Assembly: GCA_964519285.1 (NCBI GenBank)
Contig: CAZFJG010000004.1
Coordinates: 1-45,796, forward strand
Direction of reading: 5' to 3'
From: an uncultured Synergistales bacterium
Lineage (GTDB): Bacteria > Synergistota > Synergistia > Synergistales > JAFGMB01
DNA: 45,796 bases
The notes beneath the pieces are model-generated. The model was not told the DNA's origin. It did not search any database and saw only the letters and a list, made by a program, of their open reading frames with translations. The position numbers and the translations under genes were made by a program. Below, in pieces: positions 21,452 to 30,019 of this stretch (positions within the stretch are counted from its first letter, which is position 1; each line of letters opens with the position of its first letter).

Positions 21452-21654
21452 TAGCCTTAGCAGCAGCTCTCGCAGTAGGAATACCGGCACTTGCAACTGC
21501 ATATGCCCAGGCCAAGATAGGTAGTGCAGGTGCGGGAACAGTAGCAGAAAAACCTGAAACTTCGGGTATTATGATAATACTTGAGGCCATTCCTGAGACA
21601 ATGGTAATACTGGGTTTTGTCGTTGCAATTATGCTGATCCTGCAATTTGCATAG
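21436..21654 (+). CDS. atpK: A/V-type ATPase proteolipid subunit K (c subunit), single hairpin, 72 aa
   Basis: Two TM helices, G-rich helix 1 (IGSAGAG), carboxylate in helix 2 (IPETMVILGF). TTG start 6-7 nt after AAGGAGGGG. Confidence 0.85.
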   Translation: MEKALIALAAALAVGIPALATAYAQAKIGSAGAGTVAEKPETSGIMIILEAIPETMVILGFVVAIMLILQFA

Positions 21655-21668
21655 ATGGGAGGAGTAAG

Positions 21669-22307
21669 TTGATCTCCGAAGCATCAAGTGATATCCAGTC
21701 TGAAATGGATATGGAGAAGTTTAAAAAAGCCCTTCTTGATGAGAAGGACAGAAAGCTTGAAGCTATAAGACAGGAAACGGAAAAAAGAATATCAGATCTT
21801 ATCGTAGATAAAAGACTTATTGTTGAGAAAAAGGTCTCTTCCTTACGTAAAGAACAAAAAGAAAGATATGAAAGATTTATTAAACGTGAGGAAGAAGCGA
21901 TCAATCACCTTGTACTTACTCAGGTAGAGGATTTTTCATCCGAACTCATGGAATTGATGGAAAAAAGGATCTTAAGTGGTTTTGAAGATCTTCTTTCCAA
22001 TAAAGGGAAATACCGGATAGTTCTGAATAAGCTTGCAGGTGAAGGATTGCAGATCATAGATGGGCCGGTGGATATTCAGGTAGAACCTGGCCAGTCCGAT
22101 CTTATAGATAGGTCTGACAGGATCGAAAATATCCATGAAAAAGACACCGGATCCTGCGGTGGATGTATTATTTTTTCTGCTGATGGCAGGATAATTATTG
22201 ATAACAGGCTTTTATACAGGTGGAAACGTATTAAGCCCGAATATCTCAGGAGGTTGTCAGTCAAGATCATTGAAAAATCTCTTCAGATTCCTGGATTCTT
22301 CGAATAA
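21669..22307 (+). CDS. atpE: A/V-type ATPase subunit E
   Basis: 212 aa. Long charged N-terminal helix plus a globular C-terminal part, in the expected operon position. TTG start after GGGAGGAG. Confidence 0.75.
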   Translation: MISEASSDIQSEMDMEKFKKALLDEKDRKLEAIRQETEKRISDLIVDKRLIVEKKVSSLRKEQKERYERFIKREEEAINHLVLTQVEDFSSELMELMEKRILSGFEDLLSNKGKYRIVLNKLAGEGLQIIDGPVDIQVEPGQSDLIDRSDRIENIHEKDTGSCGGCIIFSADGRIIIDNRLLYRWKRIKPEYLRRLSVKIIEKSLQIPGFFE

Positions 22308-23325
22308 CTACGAATATTTTAATGCCATAATCAGAAGGAGGGTATCTCTTCTTCTTGATCATGGTGATTATGTCAAGATCGCAAGAGGCGATATTGACTC
22401 TTTTGAGCAGTTCCTCCTTGACAGTCGATATGCTGAAAGCTACAGGTCACAACTTGTAAGGACAAGAAGGTCTACACTTTCCCGTATAGAATTCGCAATA
22501 GCCAATCAGTTATCCAGAGAGTTAAACCATTCGAGAAAAATTGCAAAAGGTGAAGTACATGATCTTCTTGATGTCATACTTGCAAGAAGCGACCTTTACA
22601 ATGCAAGACTTGTTATAAGGTCCTTATTCACTGGCACATTCGGAGGAAAAGAACCAATATGGCAGGATTTTGGAGCAATACCAATGGGTTTTTTCTCTGA
22701 ACTCTGGTTGGAAGGCAGAACACCGGAAAAGATTCTTGAAAAATGTTACTCACAAGGGCATCCCATGGCCCTTGGTCTTGCATCATCTATTTCTGAGATT
22801 AAGCAGGGATACGATCTGCACCATGCAGAAAGAAAACTTCTGACCAAACATATTGCATATCTTAATGATTGTCTGAGCAGTAAGAACTCATCATCAGCAA
22901 AGGTGATCAAGGAATATATTGGTATGAATATAGATCTTTGGAATGTGGGTATATGGACAAGGGCAAATACCAAGGCAGGAAAGTTTTTAAAAAAAGAACC
23001 TGATTATATTCCCGGAGGTTTGTGTTTCAGCGTTTCTGAATTAAATGAAGCAAGGATTCTCGGAGTTTTGATCAGAGGATCAAGATGGTCAGGAGCCCTT
23101 GGGATTATGGGAAAAGACAGACATGGCAACATTCAACGTGCCATGCAGATACGGATGCTTGACTGGCAGAAAAAACTCTATAGATCAAACCCGTTAGGTA
23201 TAGAGGTGGTACTTGGATATGTTGCAATGTACCTCATAGAATGGGAAAATCTGAACCTTCTGGCGGTAGGGCTGGCATCACGAATGAATTCAGAGGATCT
23301 TTTAAAAAGGATCATTACTGTCTGA
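22270..23325 (+). CDS. atpC: A/V-type ATPase subunit C (d-type central stalk socket)
   Basis: The N-terminus (YEYFNAIIRRRVSLLL) resembles the Thermus subunit C start (FAYLNARVRV). The only in-frame ATG (22198) would overlap subunit E by 110 nt, so I propose the in-frame TTG at 22270. The start is uncertain. Confidence 0.7.
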   Translation: MKNLFRFLDSSNNYEYFNAIIRRRVSLLLDHGDYVKIARGDIDSFEQFLLDSRYAESYRSQLVRTRRSTLSRIEFAIANQLSRELNHSRKIAKGEVHDLLDVILARSDLYNARLVIRSLFTGTFGGKEPIWQDFGAIPMGFFSELWLEGRTPEKILEKCYSQGHPMALGLASSISEIKQGYDLHHAERKLLTKHIAYLNDCLSSKNSSSAKVIKEYIGMNIDLWNVGIWTRANTKAGKFLKKEPDYIPGGLCFSVSELNEARILGVLIRGSRWSGALGIMGKDRHGNIQRAMQIRMLDWQKKLYRSNPLGIEVVLGYVAMYLIEWENLNLLAVGLASRMNSEDLLKRIITV

Positions 23326-23347
23326 TGATCTATTACAGGGTGATTTA

Positions 23348-23623
23348 ATGACAAATGGCAAACCTGCAATTGTAGTAGGACGTCAGTTATTTGTAGATCT
23401 CTGGGAAATATACGGTTTTACACCTGTGGTTTGTGAATCTCCTGGAGAACTCCCTTTATACCTTGATGATATAGCTGATATGGACGCAGCCATCGTTATT
23501 GTTGAAAAAAGCTGGTTTAATAAAACTCCTGTAAGTATTTACAGGAAACTGGCGATGAGTAAACGACCTGTGTGGGTACCATTTCCGGATATTGAACCGG
23601 TAAAAGCTGGAAGCGAAGGGTAG
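23348..23623 (+). CDS. atpF: A/V-type ATPase subunit F
   Basis: 91 aa in the expected position, with the family-typical pattern (AIVVG...YGF...AIVIVE). Confidence 0.7.
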   Translation: MTNGKPAIVVGRQLFVDLWEIYGFTPVVCESPGELPLYLDDIADMDAAIVIVEKSWFNKTPVSIYRKLAMSKRPVWVPFPDIEPVKAGSEG

Positions 23624-23630
23624 GTAGAGA

Positions 23631-25385
23631 ATGTCTTCAAAAGGTATTATAACAGGGGTTTCGGGTCCTGTTATTCAGGCATGTGTTTACGGTAAAGTGA
23701 GAATGTACGAGGTCCCCCTGGTGGGTAATAGCAGGCTCCTGGGTGAAGTAATAAGGATCCAGGGGGATGTCGTGGATATCCAGGTCTACGAGAATACTGA
23801 TGGCTTAAGGGCTGGAGAGCCTGTTGTGTTTACCGGTGAACTATTGTCTGTGAAACTTGGCCCCGGATTACTCGGAACTGTTCTGGACGGTATCGGCCGA
23901 CCTCTTGAAGAGATAGCCGGACAGAATATCTATATACCCAGGGGTTTTCAGAGCGAGTCCATACCAAATGACAGAGAATGGGATTTTGTCCCTCTGGTAA
24001 AACCAGGTGAAAATGTCCACGGTGGTACAGTAATAGGAGAGGTAATGGAAGGATCCTACCTGAAGCACATGGTTATGATCCCTCCTGAGAAGGGATCACT
24101 GGTGGTTGACCATGTAAGTGGAGAAGGAGCGTATCGGGCAGAAGATATTGTTGCAATTCTTAGTGATGGTACAGAAATCAGACTTTCCCAGAAATGGGAG
24201 GTCAGAAAAAGCAGACCTTACTACAAACGCCTTCATTTTGATACTCCCCTTATGACAGGTCAAAGGATCCTTGACACACTGTTCCCACTGGCTCTCGGTG
24301 GAGCTGCCGTTCTTCCCGGTGGATTCGGAACCGGAAAGACAGTAACCCAGCAGTCACTGGCGAAATATTGTAATGCAGACATAATAGTCTACATAGGATG
24401 TGGAGAAAGAGGAAATGAAATGACAGAGGTCCTTGAAGAATTTTCACAACTTATGGACCCTTCACATGATGCACCTCTTCTTGAAAGAATGGTATTGATA
24501 GCCAATACATCCAATATGCCGGTTGCTGCTCGAGAAGCAAGTATCTATCTTGGTATGACCATTGCTGAATATTACAGGGATATGGGATATGATGTCGCAA
24601 TGATGGCGGATTCCACATCCAGGTGGGCTGAAGCCCTAAGGGAGATAGCCGGCAGACTCGAAGAAATGCCCGGAGAGGAAGGATATCCAGCCTATCTTGG
24701 ATCCAGACTGGCCCAGTACTATGAAAGGGCAGGGAGGGTAGTTCCTCTCTGCGGCGAGAATAAAGAGGGTTCTGTTACGATCATAAATGCTGTTTCACCT
24801 CCAGGTGGAGATTTTTCTGAACCTGTTACACAGTCCAGCCTGAGGCTGGCAGGAGCATTCTGGGGACTTGACAAGCAGCTTGCACAACAGAGACATTTTC
24901 CGGCTATTAACTGGAACAGCAGTTACACCCTTTATTCCTTTCAGCTTCAGGAATATTTTGTGAAACAGCTGGGTGAAGAATGGGAATCACTAAAGCGATT
25001 TTTAACGGTAACCCTCGATAAGGAGAAACGGCTTAAAGACCTGGTGCAGATCGTCGGAAGAGATGGTCTGTCCGAATCTGACAAGTGGGTTCTCGAGTTT
25101 GCGGACCTTGCCAAGATCTTCTTTCTACAGCAGAATGCCTTTTCAGAGGAAGATGCCTGGTGTGACCTTGAAAAACAAAAGTATATGATCACTGTCCTTA
25201 AAGAACTGAACAAGATGATCCTTGAAAAGATCGAAAAGGGGGTTCTTTTTGAACAGATTCATAATTTCCCTTTCAGAAAAAAACTTCTTGAACTTAGAAA
25301 ATATTCAGCTGAAGAAATGGTAGTACATGCTGAAAAAATGTATGAGGAAATAGAAAGAACTGTTGTTGGGCAGGTGGTTGAATGA
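23631..25385 (+). CDS. atpA: A/V-type ATPase catalytic subunit A
   Basis: 584 aa. Walker A GGFGTGKT, Walker B region DVAMMADSTSRWAEALREI, and a non-homologous insert typical of A subunits. Confidence 0.95.
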   Translation: MSSKGIITGVSGPVIQACVYGKVRMYEVPLVGNSRLLGEVIRIQGDVVDIQVYENTDGLRAGEPVVFTGELLSVKLGPGLLGTVLDGIGRPLEEIAGQNIYIPRGFQSESIPNDREWDFVPLVKPGENVHGGTVIGEVMEGSYLKHMVMIPPEKGSLVVDHVSGEGAYRAEDIVAILSDGTEIRLSQKWEVRKSRPYYKRLHFDTPLMTGQRILDTLFPLALGGAAVLPGGFGTGKTVTQQSLAKYCNADIIVYIGCGERGNEMTEVLEEFSQLMDPSHDAPLLERMVLIANTSNMPVAAREASIYLGMTIAEYYRDMGYDVAMMADSTSRWAEALREIAGRLEEMPGEEGYPAYLGSRLAQYYERAGRVVPLCGENKEGSVTIINAVSPPGGDFSEPVTQSSLRLAGAFWGLDKQLAQQRHFPAINWNSSYTLYSFQLQEYFVKQLGEEWESLKRFLTVTLDKEKRLKDLVQIVGRDGLSESDKWVLEFADLAKIFFLQQNAFSEEDAWCDLEKQKYMITVLKELNKMILEKIEKGVLFEQIHNFPFRKKLLELRKYSAEEMVVHAEKMYEEIERTVVGQVVE

Positions 25386-26746
25386 TATTAGCAAGAGAAG
25401 GTTACAGGACCGTATCTTCCATCGAAGGACCCTTGCTCTTCGTTCAGGGAGTAGTAGAAGCCGGTTACGGAGAGCTTGTTACCATTGAATCTACTGATGG
25501 TTTTAAACAGGGCCAGATCCTGCAGGTTGACGGTGATATTGCACTGATTCAGATATTTGAGGGGACAACTGGACTTGATCGCCATGATGTCACTGTCTGG
25601 TTAGATCGTGACATCATAAGGGTGCCTGTAGGTCTTGGAATGAAAGGCAAGATCTTCAACGGAAGAGGAAAGCCTCTCGACGGAAACCCCTTTTCACTTG
25701 TGGAAGACTACAGGCCTGTTTACGGATCTGCGATAAACCCTGCGGCAAGACAAAGTCCTAACAATTTTATTGAAACAGGTATTTCAACTGTAGATATGAT
25801 GAATACACTGGTAAGAGGTCAGAAATTACCTGTCTTTGCAGGTCCAGGATTGCCAGCAAATGAATTAGCTGCCCATCTTGTAGAGTATGCTACTATTCCT
25901 GGCAGAGAATCCAGTTTTCTGGTAATTTTTGCCGCAATGGGTATCACCGCAAGGGAAGCTGACTACTTTACCAGTACCTTTGAGAGATCCGGAGCTATTA
26001 ATCACGGAGTGTTTTTCCTTAATCTTGCGAGTGATTCCGCCGTGGAACGAATTCTTACTCCAAGAATGGCTCTCACTGTTGCAGAGTATTACGCTTTTGA
26101 GAAAGATTATGATGTACTTGTAGTGCTCACAGATATGCTCTATTATTGCGAATCACTGCGTGAGATAAGTGCAGCCAGAGAGGAAGTACCAGGCAGAAGA
26201 GGTTTTCCCGGGTATCTCTATTCGGACCTTTCAGAGATATACGAAAGGGCGGGTTGTGTCAGGAACAAGAAAGGCAGTATAACACAGATCCCTGTTATAA
26301 CAATGCCTGGAGATGATATGACCCATCCAGTAGTAGATCTTTCCGGGTATATTACGGAAGGACAGATCGTTCTTGACAGAGATCTTTTCATCAAGAGGGG
26401 TTTTCCTCCGGTGAATGTTTTGCCAAGTCTGAGCAGACTGATGAACAAGGGTATTGGTCCGGGAAAAACCTTTGATTATCACAGGCAAATGGCCGATCAG
26501 TTGTATGCATCCTATGCAAAATCCATTGAACTTTTCCGTCTCAAATCAATTGTGGGAGATGAAGGTCTTACAGAGACTGAACACAAATATCTGAAGTTCG
26601 GAGAAAAGTTTGAGGCACTCTTCGTTAAACAGGATTATACACGAAGGTCCATAAAGGAAAGCCTGTCAATTGCCTGGAAATGTCTTGAAGAGCTCCCCGA
26701 AGAGGAATTGTACAGAATTCCTGAAAAATATCTTTTTTCAGATTAG
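25382..26746 (+). CDS. atpB: A/V-type ATPase subunit B
   Basis: 454 aa, non-catalytic alpha/beta-fold subunit (VLVVLTDMLYYCESLREISAAREEVPGRRGFPGYLYSDL). Its start overlaps the subunit A stop. Confidence 0.95.
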   Translation: MILAREGYRTVSSIEGPLLFVQGVVEAGYGELVTIESTDGFKQGQILQVDGDIALIQIFEGTTGLDRHDVTVWLDRDIIRVPVGLGMKGKIFNGRGKPLDGNPFSLVEDYRPVYGSAINPAARQSPNNFIETGISTVDMMNTLVRGQKLPVFAGPGLPANELAAHLVEYATIPGRESSFLVIFAAMGITAREADYFTSTFERSGAINHGVFFLNLASDSAVERILTPRMALTVAEYYAFEKDYDVLVVLTDMLYYCESLREISAAREEVPGRRGFPGYLYSDLSEIYERAGCVRNKKGSITQIPVITMPGDDMTHPVVDLSGYITEGQIVLDRDLFIKRGFPPVNVLPSLSRLMNKGIGPGKTFDYHRQMADQLYASYAKSIELFRLKSIVGDEGLTETEHKYLKFGEKFEALFVKQDYTRRSIKESLSIAWKCLEELPEEELYRIPEKYLFSD

Positions 26747-26758
26747 GATTGTTTTTCA

Positions 26759-27415
26759 ATGACTGCCAAAAGGCCACCTACCAGGGAACAGTTACTTGAT
26801 GTAATGCGTCAACAGGAAGCCGTAAAATACGGCAAAAACCTGCTTGAGAAGAAAAAGGATGTACTTCTTAGAAAACTTGAAGACGACCGAGCCCGCTTCA
26901 GAGAGCTTGAAGAGGAATTTACAAGGATGACCGATGCTCTGGGGTTTTATTATGCTTTAGCCAGAATGTATGAGGGCCAGGGTATTATAGAGATGCTAAA
27001 ACCAGGGAAAAGGGAAGTCATGGTAGAAGAAAGGATAACAAGCCTGATGGGATGTTCCTACAGCCAGTTTACACCCCTTGATTATCCGGATGATCATGAA
27101 AGTTATCTCTATGATCCTGCAATGACGTCATTATATGTTGATGACCTTATAATAGCGATGGAAAGAACTGGAGAAATTCTTTGGGAATATATCAACATCA
27201 GAACAAGAATTGTTGCTCTTGAATCAGAGTTGAAAAAAAGTCTTTTAAGAATTAATTCTCTTGACCAGGTAGTCCTTCCACAGCTCGAAGAGGAAGAAAG
27301 CAACATTAATGAGGTCCTTGGTGAAAGGTCAAGACAGGAGCAGTATGCCATTAAAAAGATCAAAAAGAAGAACAGGCAAAAGAAAGAAAGAAAAAGAGAA
27401 AGCAAGTTAAAATGA
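26759..27415 (+). CDS. atpD: A/V-type ATPase subunit D (central stalk)
   Basis: 218 aa. Coiled-coil N and C termini, basic tail, last gene of the ATPase order. Confidence 0.85.
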   Translation: MTAKRPPTREQLLDVMRQQEAVKYGKNLLEKKKDVLLRKLEDDRARFRELEEEFTRMTDALGFYYALARMYEGQGIIEMLKPGKREVMVEERITSLMGCSYSQFTPLDYPDDHESYLYDPAMTSLYVDDLIIAMERTGEILWEYINIRTRIVALESELKKSLLRINSLDQVVLPQLEEEESNINEVLGERSRQEQYAIKKIKKKNRQKKERKRESKLK

Positions 27416-27876
27416 AAATACTTCTTGTGGCTGTGGGAAAACCTAAGGAAAAATCAATAGAAACTTTGGTAAATAAATACCTGAAAAGAAGTAGACAGTT
27501 TACTTCGATAGACAAGGTCACTGTTAAGGATTATTCTGGGAAGAATCCTGTAGATAGAATAAAGGCCAGGGAGACAGAAAACATTTTCAAGGTACTCAAA
27601 CCAAGGGATTATGTTATTCTTCTTGATGAGAAAGGGGAAAAAATGAACAGCAGGGATTTTGCTGACTGGCTTGATCTCTTGCTGAGGAAAATACCTGGAA
27701 GGCTGGTATTTATCACGGGAGGAGCCTACGGGACAGATCCTTCTTTACAGGAAAGGGCCGACATGTTACTTTCTTTATCCATGATGACCTTCCCCCATGA
27801 GTTGTGTTTAGTTTTTATAGCAGAACAGATCTACCGGGGACTTAACATAATAGAGGGAACATCATATCATCACTGA
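27412..27876 (+). CDS. rlmH: 23S rRNA (pseudouridine1915-N3)-methyltransferase RlmH
   Basis: 154-aa SPOUT protein (VFITGGAYG, LSLSMMTFPHEL). Its start overlaps the atpD stop. Confidence 0.88.
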   Translation: MKILLVAVGKPKEKSIETLVNKYLKRSRQFTSIDKVTVKDYSGKNPVDRIKARETENIFKVLKPRDYVILLDEKGEKMNSRDFADWLDLLLRKIPGRLVFITGGAYGTDPSLQERADMLLSLSMMTFPHELCLVFIAEQIYRGLNIIEGTSYHH

Positions 27877-27894
27877 ATCTGGAGGTAAAATATA

Positions 27895-28203
27895 ATGAAA
27901 ATGGATAATATTATGAAACAGGCACAGAAAATGCAGGCCGAGATGGCCCGTATTCAAAAAGAACTTGAGAATGAAATCGTCGAGGGTAATTCCGGAGGTG
28001 GAATGGTTAAGGTTGTTGCAAACGGACAGGGTGAGATCCGCAGCATTTCCATTGAACCAGAAGTGATCGATGTTGAAGAAAAGGAAATGCTTGAAGATCT
28101 CGTTCTTGCAGCAATAAACGATGCTCTCCAGAAAAGCAGGGACCTTTCAGCTTCAAGGATGGGCGGCCTCACTGGTGGTTTAGGCAACCTTGGCCTCATG
28201 TAG
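27895..28203 (+). CDS. ybaB: YbaB/EbfC family nucleoid-associated protein
   Basis: 102 aa with MKQAQKMQAEM...GGGMVKV and a position directly upstream of recR. Confidence 0.88.
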   Translation: MKMDNIMKQAQKMQAEMARIQKELENEIVEGNSGGGMVKVVANGQGEIRSISIEPEVIDVEEKEMLEDLVLAAINDALQKSRDLSASRMGGLTGGLGNLGLM

Positions 28204-28218
28204 GTTCAGGTGTATTAG

Positions 28219-28830
28219 TTGCATTTACCTGAATCTCTGGAAAGGCTTGTTTCTCAATTCAAAAAACTGCCGGGTATCGGAGAAAAGAGCGCCAGAAGAA
28301 TGGCCTTTTCTCTTTTGCAGGAACCTGAGTCATATGTGAGAGAACTTTCAGAGTCCCTTGTGGAGATGAGAGAAAAATTGCACCCCTGTCCTGAATGCGG
28401 CAACATAACTGATATAGATCCATGCAGGATCTGTTCCGATAATATGAGAGACAGAGATACCTTATTGATAACCGAGATATCTGAAGACCTTATCAGCATT
28501 GAACAATCCGGGGTTTATAATGGTTTGTACCATGTTTTAGGCTCGAGATATTCTCCTCTTGATGGAGAGGATATTGATCCAAAAGTTCTTGTAAAGCTTG
28601 AAAAACGAATAATTTCTCTCGGGATAAAGGAAGTTATTGTAGCTACAAGTCCAAGGATAGAAGGTGATATGACCTGTTTTGAGCTTATTGACGTACTGGA
28701 AAAGCTGGATGTAAATATTTCGAGACTTGCTTACGGACTGCCGGTGGGAGGTAGCATAGAATTTGCTGACAGAGTTACTATTCACGCTGCCCTTGAATCA
28801 AGGACCCGGCTGGATAGAAGCAAGAAATGA
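28219..28830 (+). CDS. recR: recombination mediator RecR
   Basis: HhH (LPGIGEKSARRMAF), C4 zinc finger (CPECGNITDIDPCRIC), Toprim. TTG start. Confidence 0.92.
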   Translation: MHLPESLERLVSQFKKLPGIGEKSARRMAFSLLQEPESYVRELSESLVEMREKLHPCPECGNITDIDPCRICSDNMRDRDTLLITEISEDLISIEQSGVYNGLYHVLGSRYSPLDGEDIDPKVLVKLEKRIISLGIKEVIVATSPRIEGDMTCFELIDVLEKLDVNISRLAYGLPVGGSIEFADRVTIHAALESRTRLDRSKK

Positions 28831-28843
28831 AAGGAGTGATAAC

Positions 28844-30019
28844 ATGTCCGAAGGTCCTGGTAAAATTGTTAAAACCGGTTATCGCCTGCTTCGTTTACTT
28901 CTTTTGATAATTGGTGGTATTATCGGTTATGAATTGAGCGTAAAAGTTTTGCCGAGTATTCCACAAGAGTGGCTCCAGTTTAATGTCCCCTACCTGTCGA
29001 GTCATGTAGTTTTTCACTTGATAAGTATATTATTATTTGCGCTTGTCGGTTTTATTCTTGCACCACTTGTTCTATCAGGTTTAGGCTTTATCGGATCTTT
29101 TTTCGAAAGACAGCTTCAGTCCACAAGTTGGCAGGATATAAGTTCAGCAACAATGGGGCTTATTATAGGCCTTCTCCTTGCAAACCTCATTGCTTTACCC
29201 CTTTCAGGGCTTCCATTCGGAAATTATTTTGCAGTTTTTTTAAACGTTATTCTTGGTTATCTTGGAGCACGTCTTATGCTTAAAAGACAGCAGGATATTG
29301 CCAATGTCTTTTCACCCATAAGGGGATTGAAAGAGAGATTACAAAATCTTGCAACAAAAGGACCAGGCAGAACTGAGTCCCTTGGATATCTGGGAGATAT
29401 CTCTGAAGCAAGAAAGAAGATCCTCGATACAAGCGTTATAATTGACGGCAGGATCCTTGATATTGCAAAAACAGGATTTCTTGAAGGGGCTCTCGTTCTT
29501 CCGAGGTTCATTCTTATAGAATTGCAGGCTGTTGCTGATTCAACTGATCCTGCGAGGAGGACCCGTGGAAGAAGGGGGCTTGATGTAGTTAACTCCCTTC
29601 AGAAATTAAAATTGAACAGAATTGAGATAGTTGAGGAGAACCTTAAGGCATTGGGAGTTGATTCGGTGGATGAAGGACTGGTAGCACTTGCTGCAAAGAC
29701 CGATGCTGATATCCTTACAACTGATTACAATCTGAACAAAATAGCTCAGATTCAGGGATTATCGGTTCTTAACGTCAATGATCTTGCCAATGCTTTAAAA
29801 CCTGTGTTACTTCCCGGGGAAACTATAAATGTTGACATAATCCGTGAAGGGAAAGAAATGCACCAGGGTGTAGGTTACCTTGATGATGGAACCATGCTTG
29901 TGGTTGAAGATGGAGAGAACTATATAGGCAAAAGGGTGGAGGTAGTTGTAACTTCAATGTTGCAAACCTCTGCAGGAAGAATGGTGTTTGGAAAAATCCG
30001 AAAAGAGGTCAGGATTTGA
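28844..30019 (+). CDS. PIN/TRAM domain membrane protein (YacL-like)
   Basis: N-terminal TM helices, PIN domain (ILDTSVIIDGRI...TTDYNLNK), C-terminal TRAM (VEVVVTSMLQTSAGRMVFG). ATG 28844 lies 7 nt after AAGGAG; the ORF-track start at 28763 overlaps recR. Confidence 0.82.
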   Translation: MSEGPGKIVKTGYRLLRLLLLIIGGIIGYELSVKVLPSIPQEWLQFNVPYLSSHVVFHLISILLFALVGFILAPLVLSGLGFIGSFFERQLQSTSWQDISSATMGLIIGLLLANLIALPLSGLPFGNYFAVFLNVILGYLGARLMLKRQQDIANVFSPIRGLKERLQNLATKGPGRTESLGYLGDISEARKKILDTSVIIDGRILDIAKTGFLEGALVLPRFILIELQAVADSTDPARRTRGRRGLDVVNSLQKLKLNRIEIVEENLKALGVDSVDEGLVALAAKTDADILTTDYNLNKIAQIQGLSVLNVNDLANALKPVLLPGETINVDIIREGKEMHQGVGYLDDGTMLVVEDGENYIGKRVEVVVTSMLQTSAGRMVFGKIRKEVRI

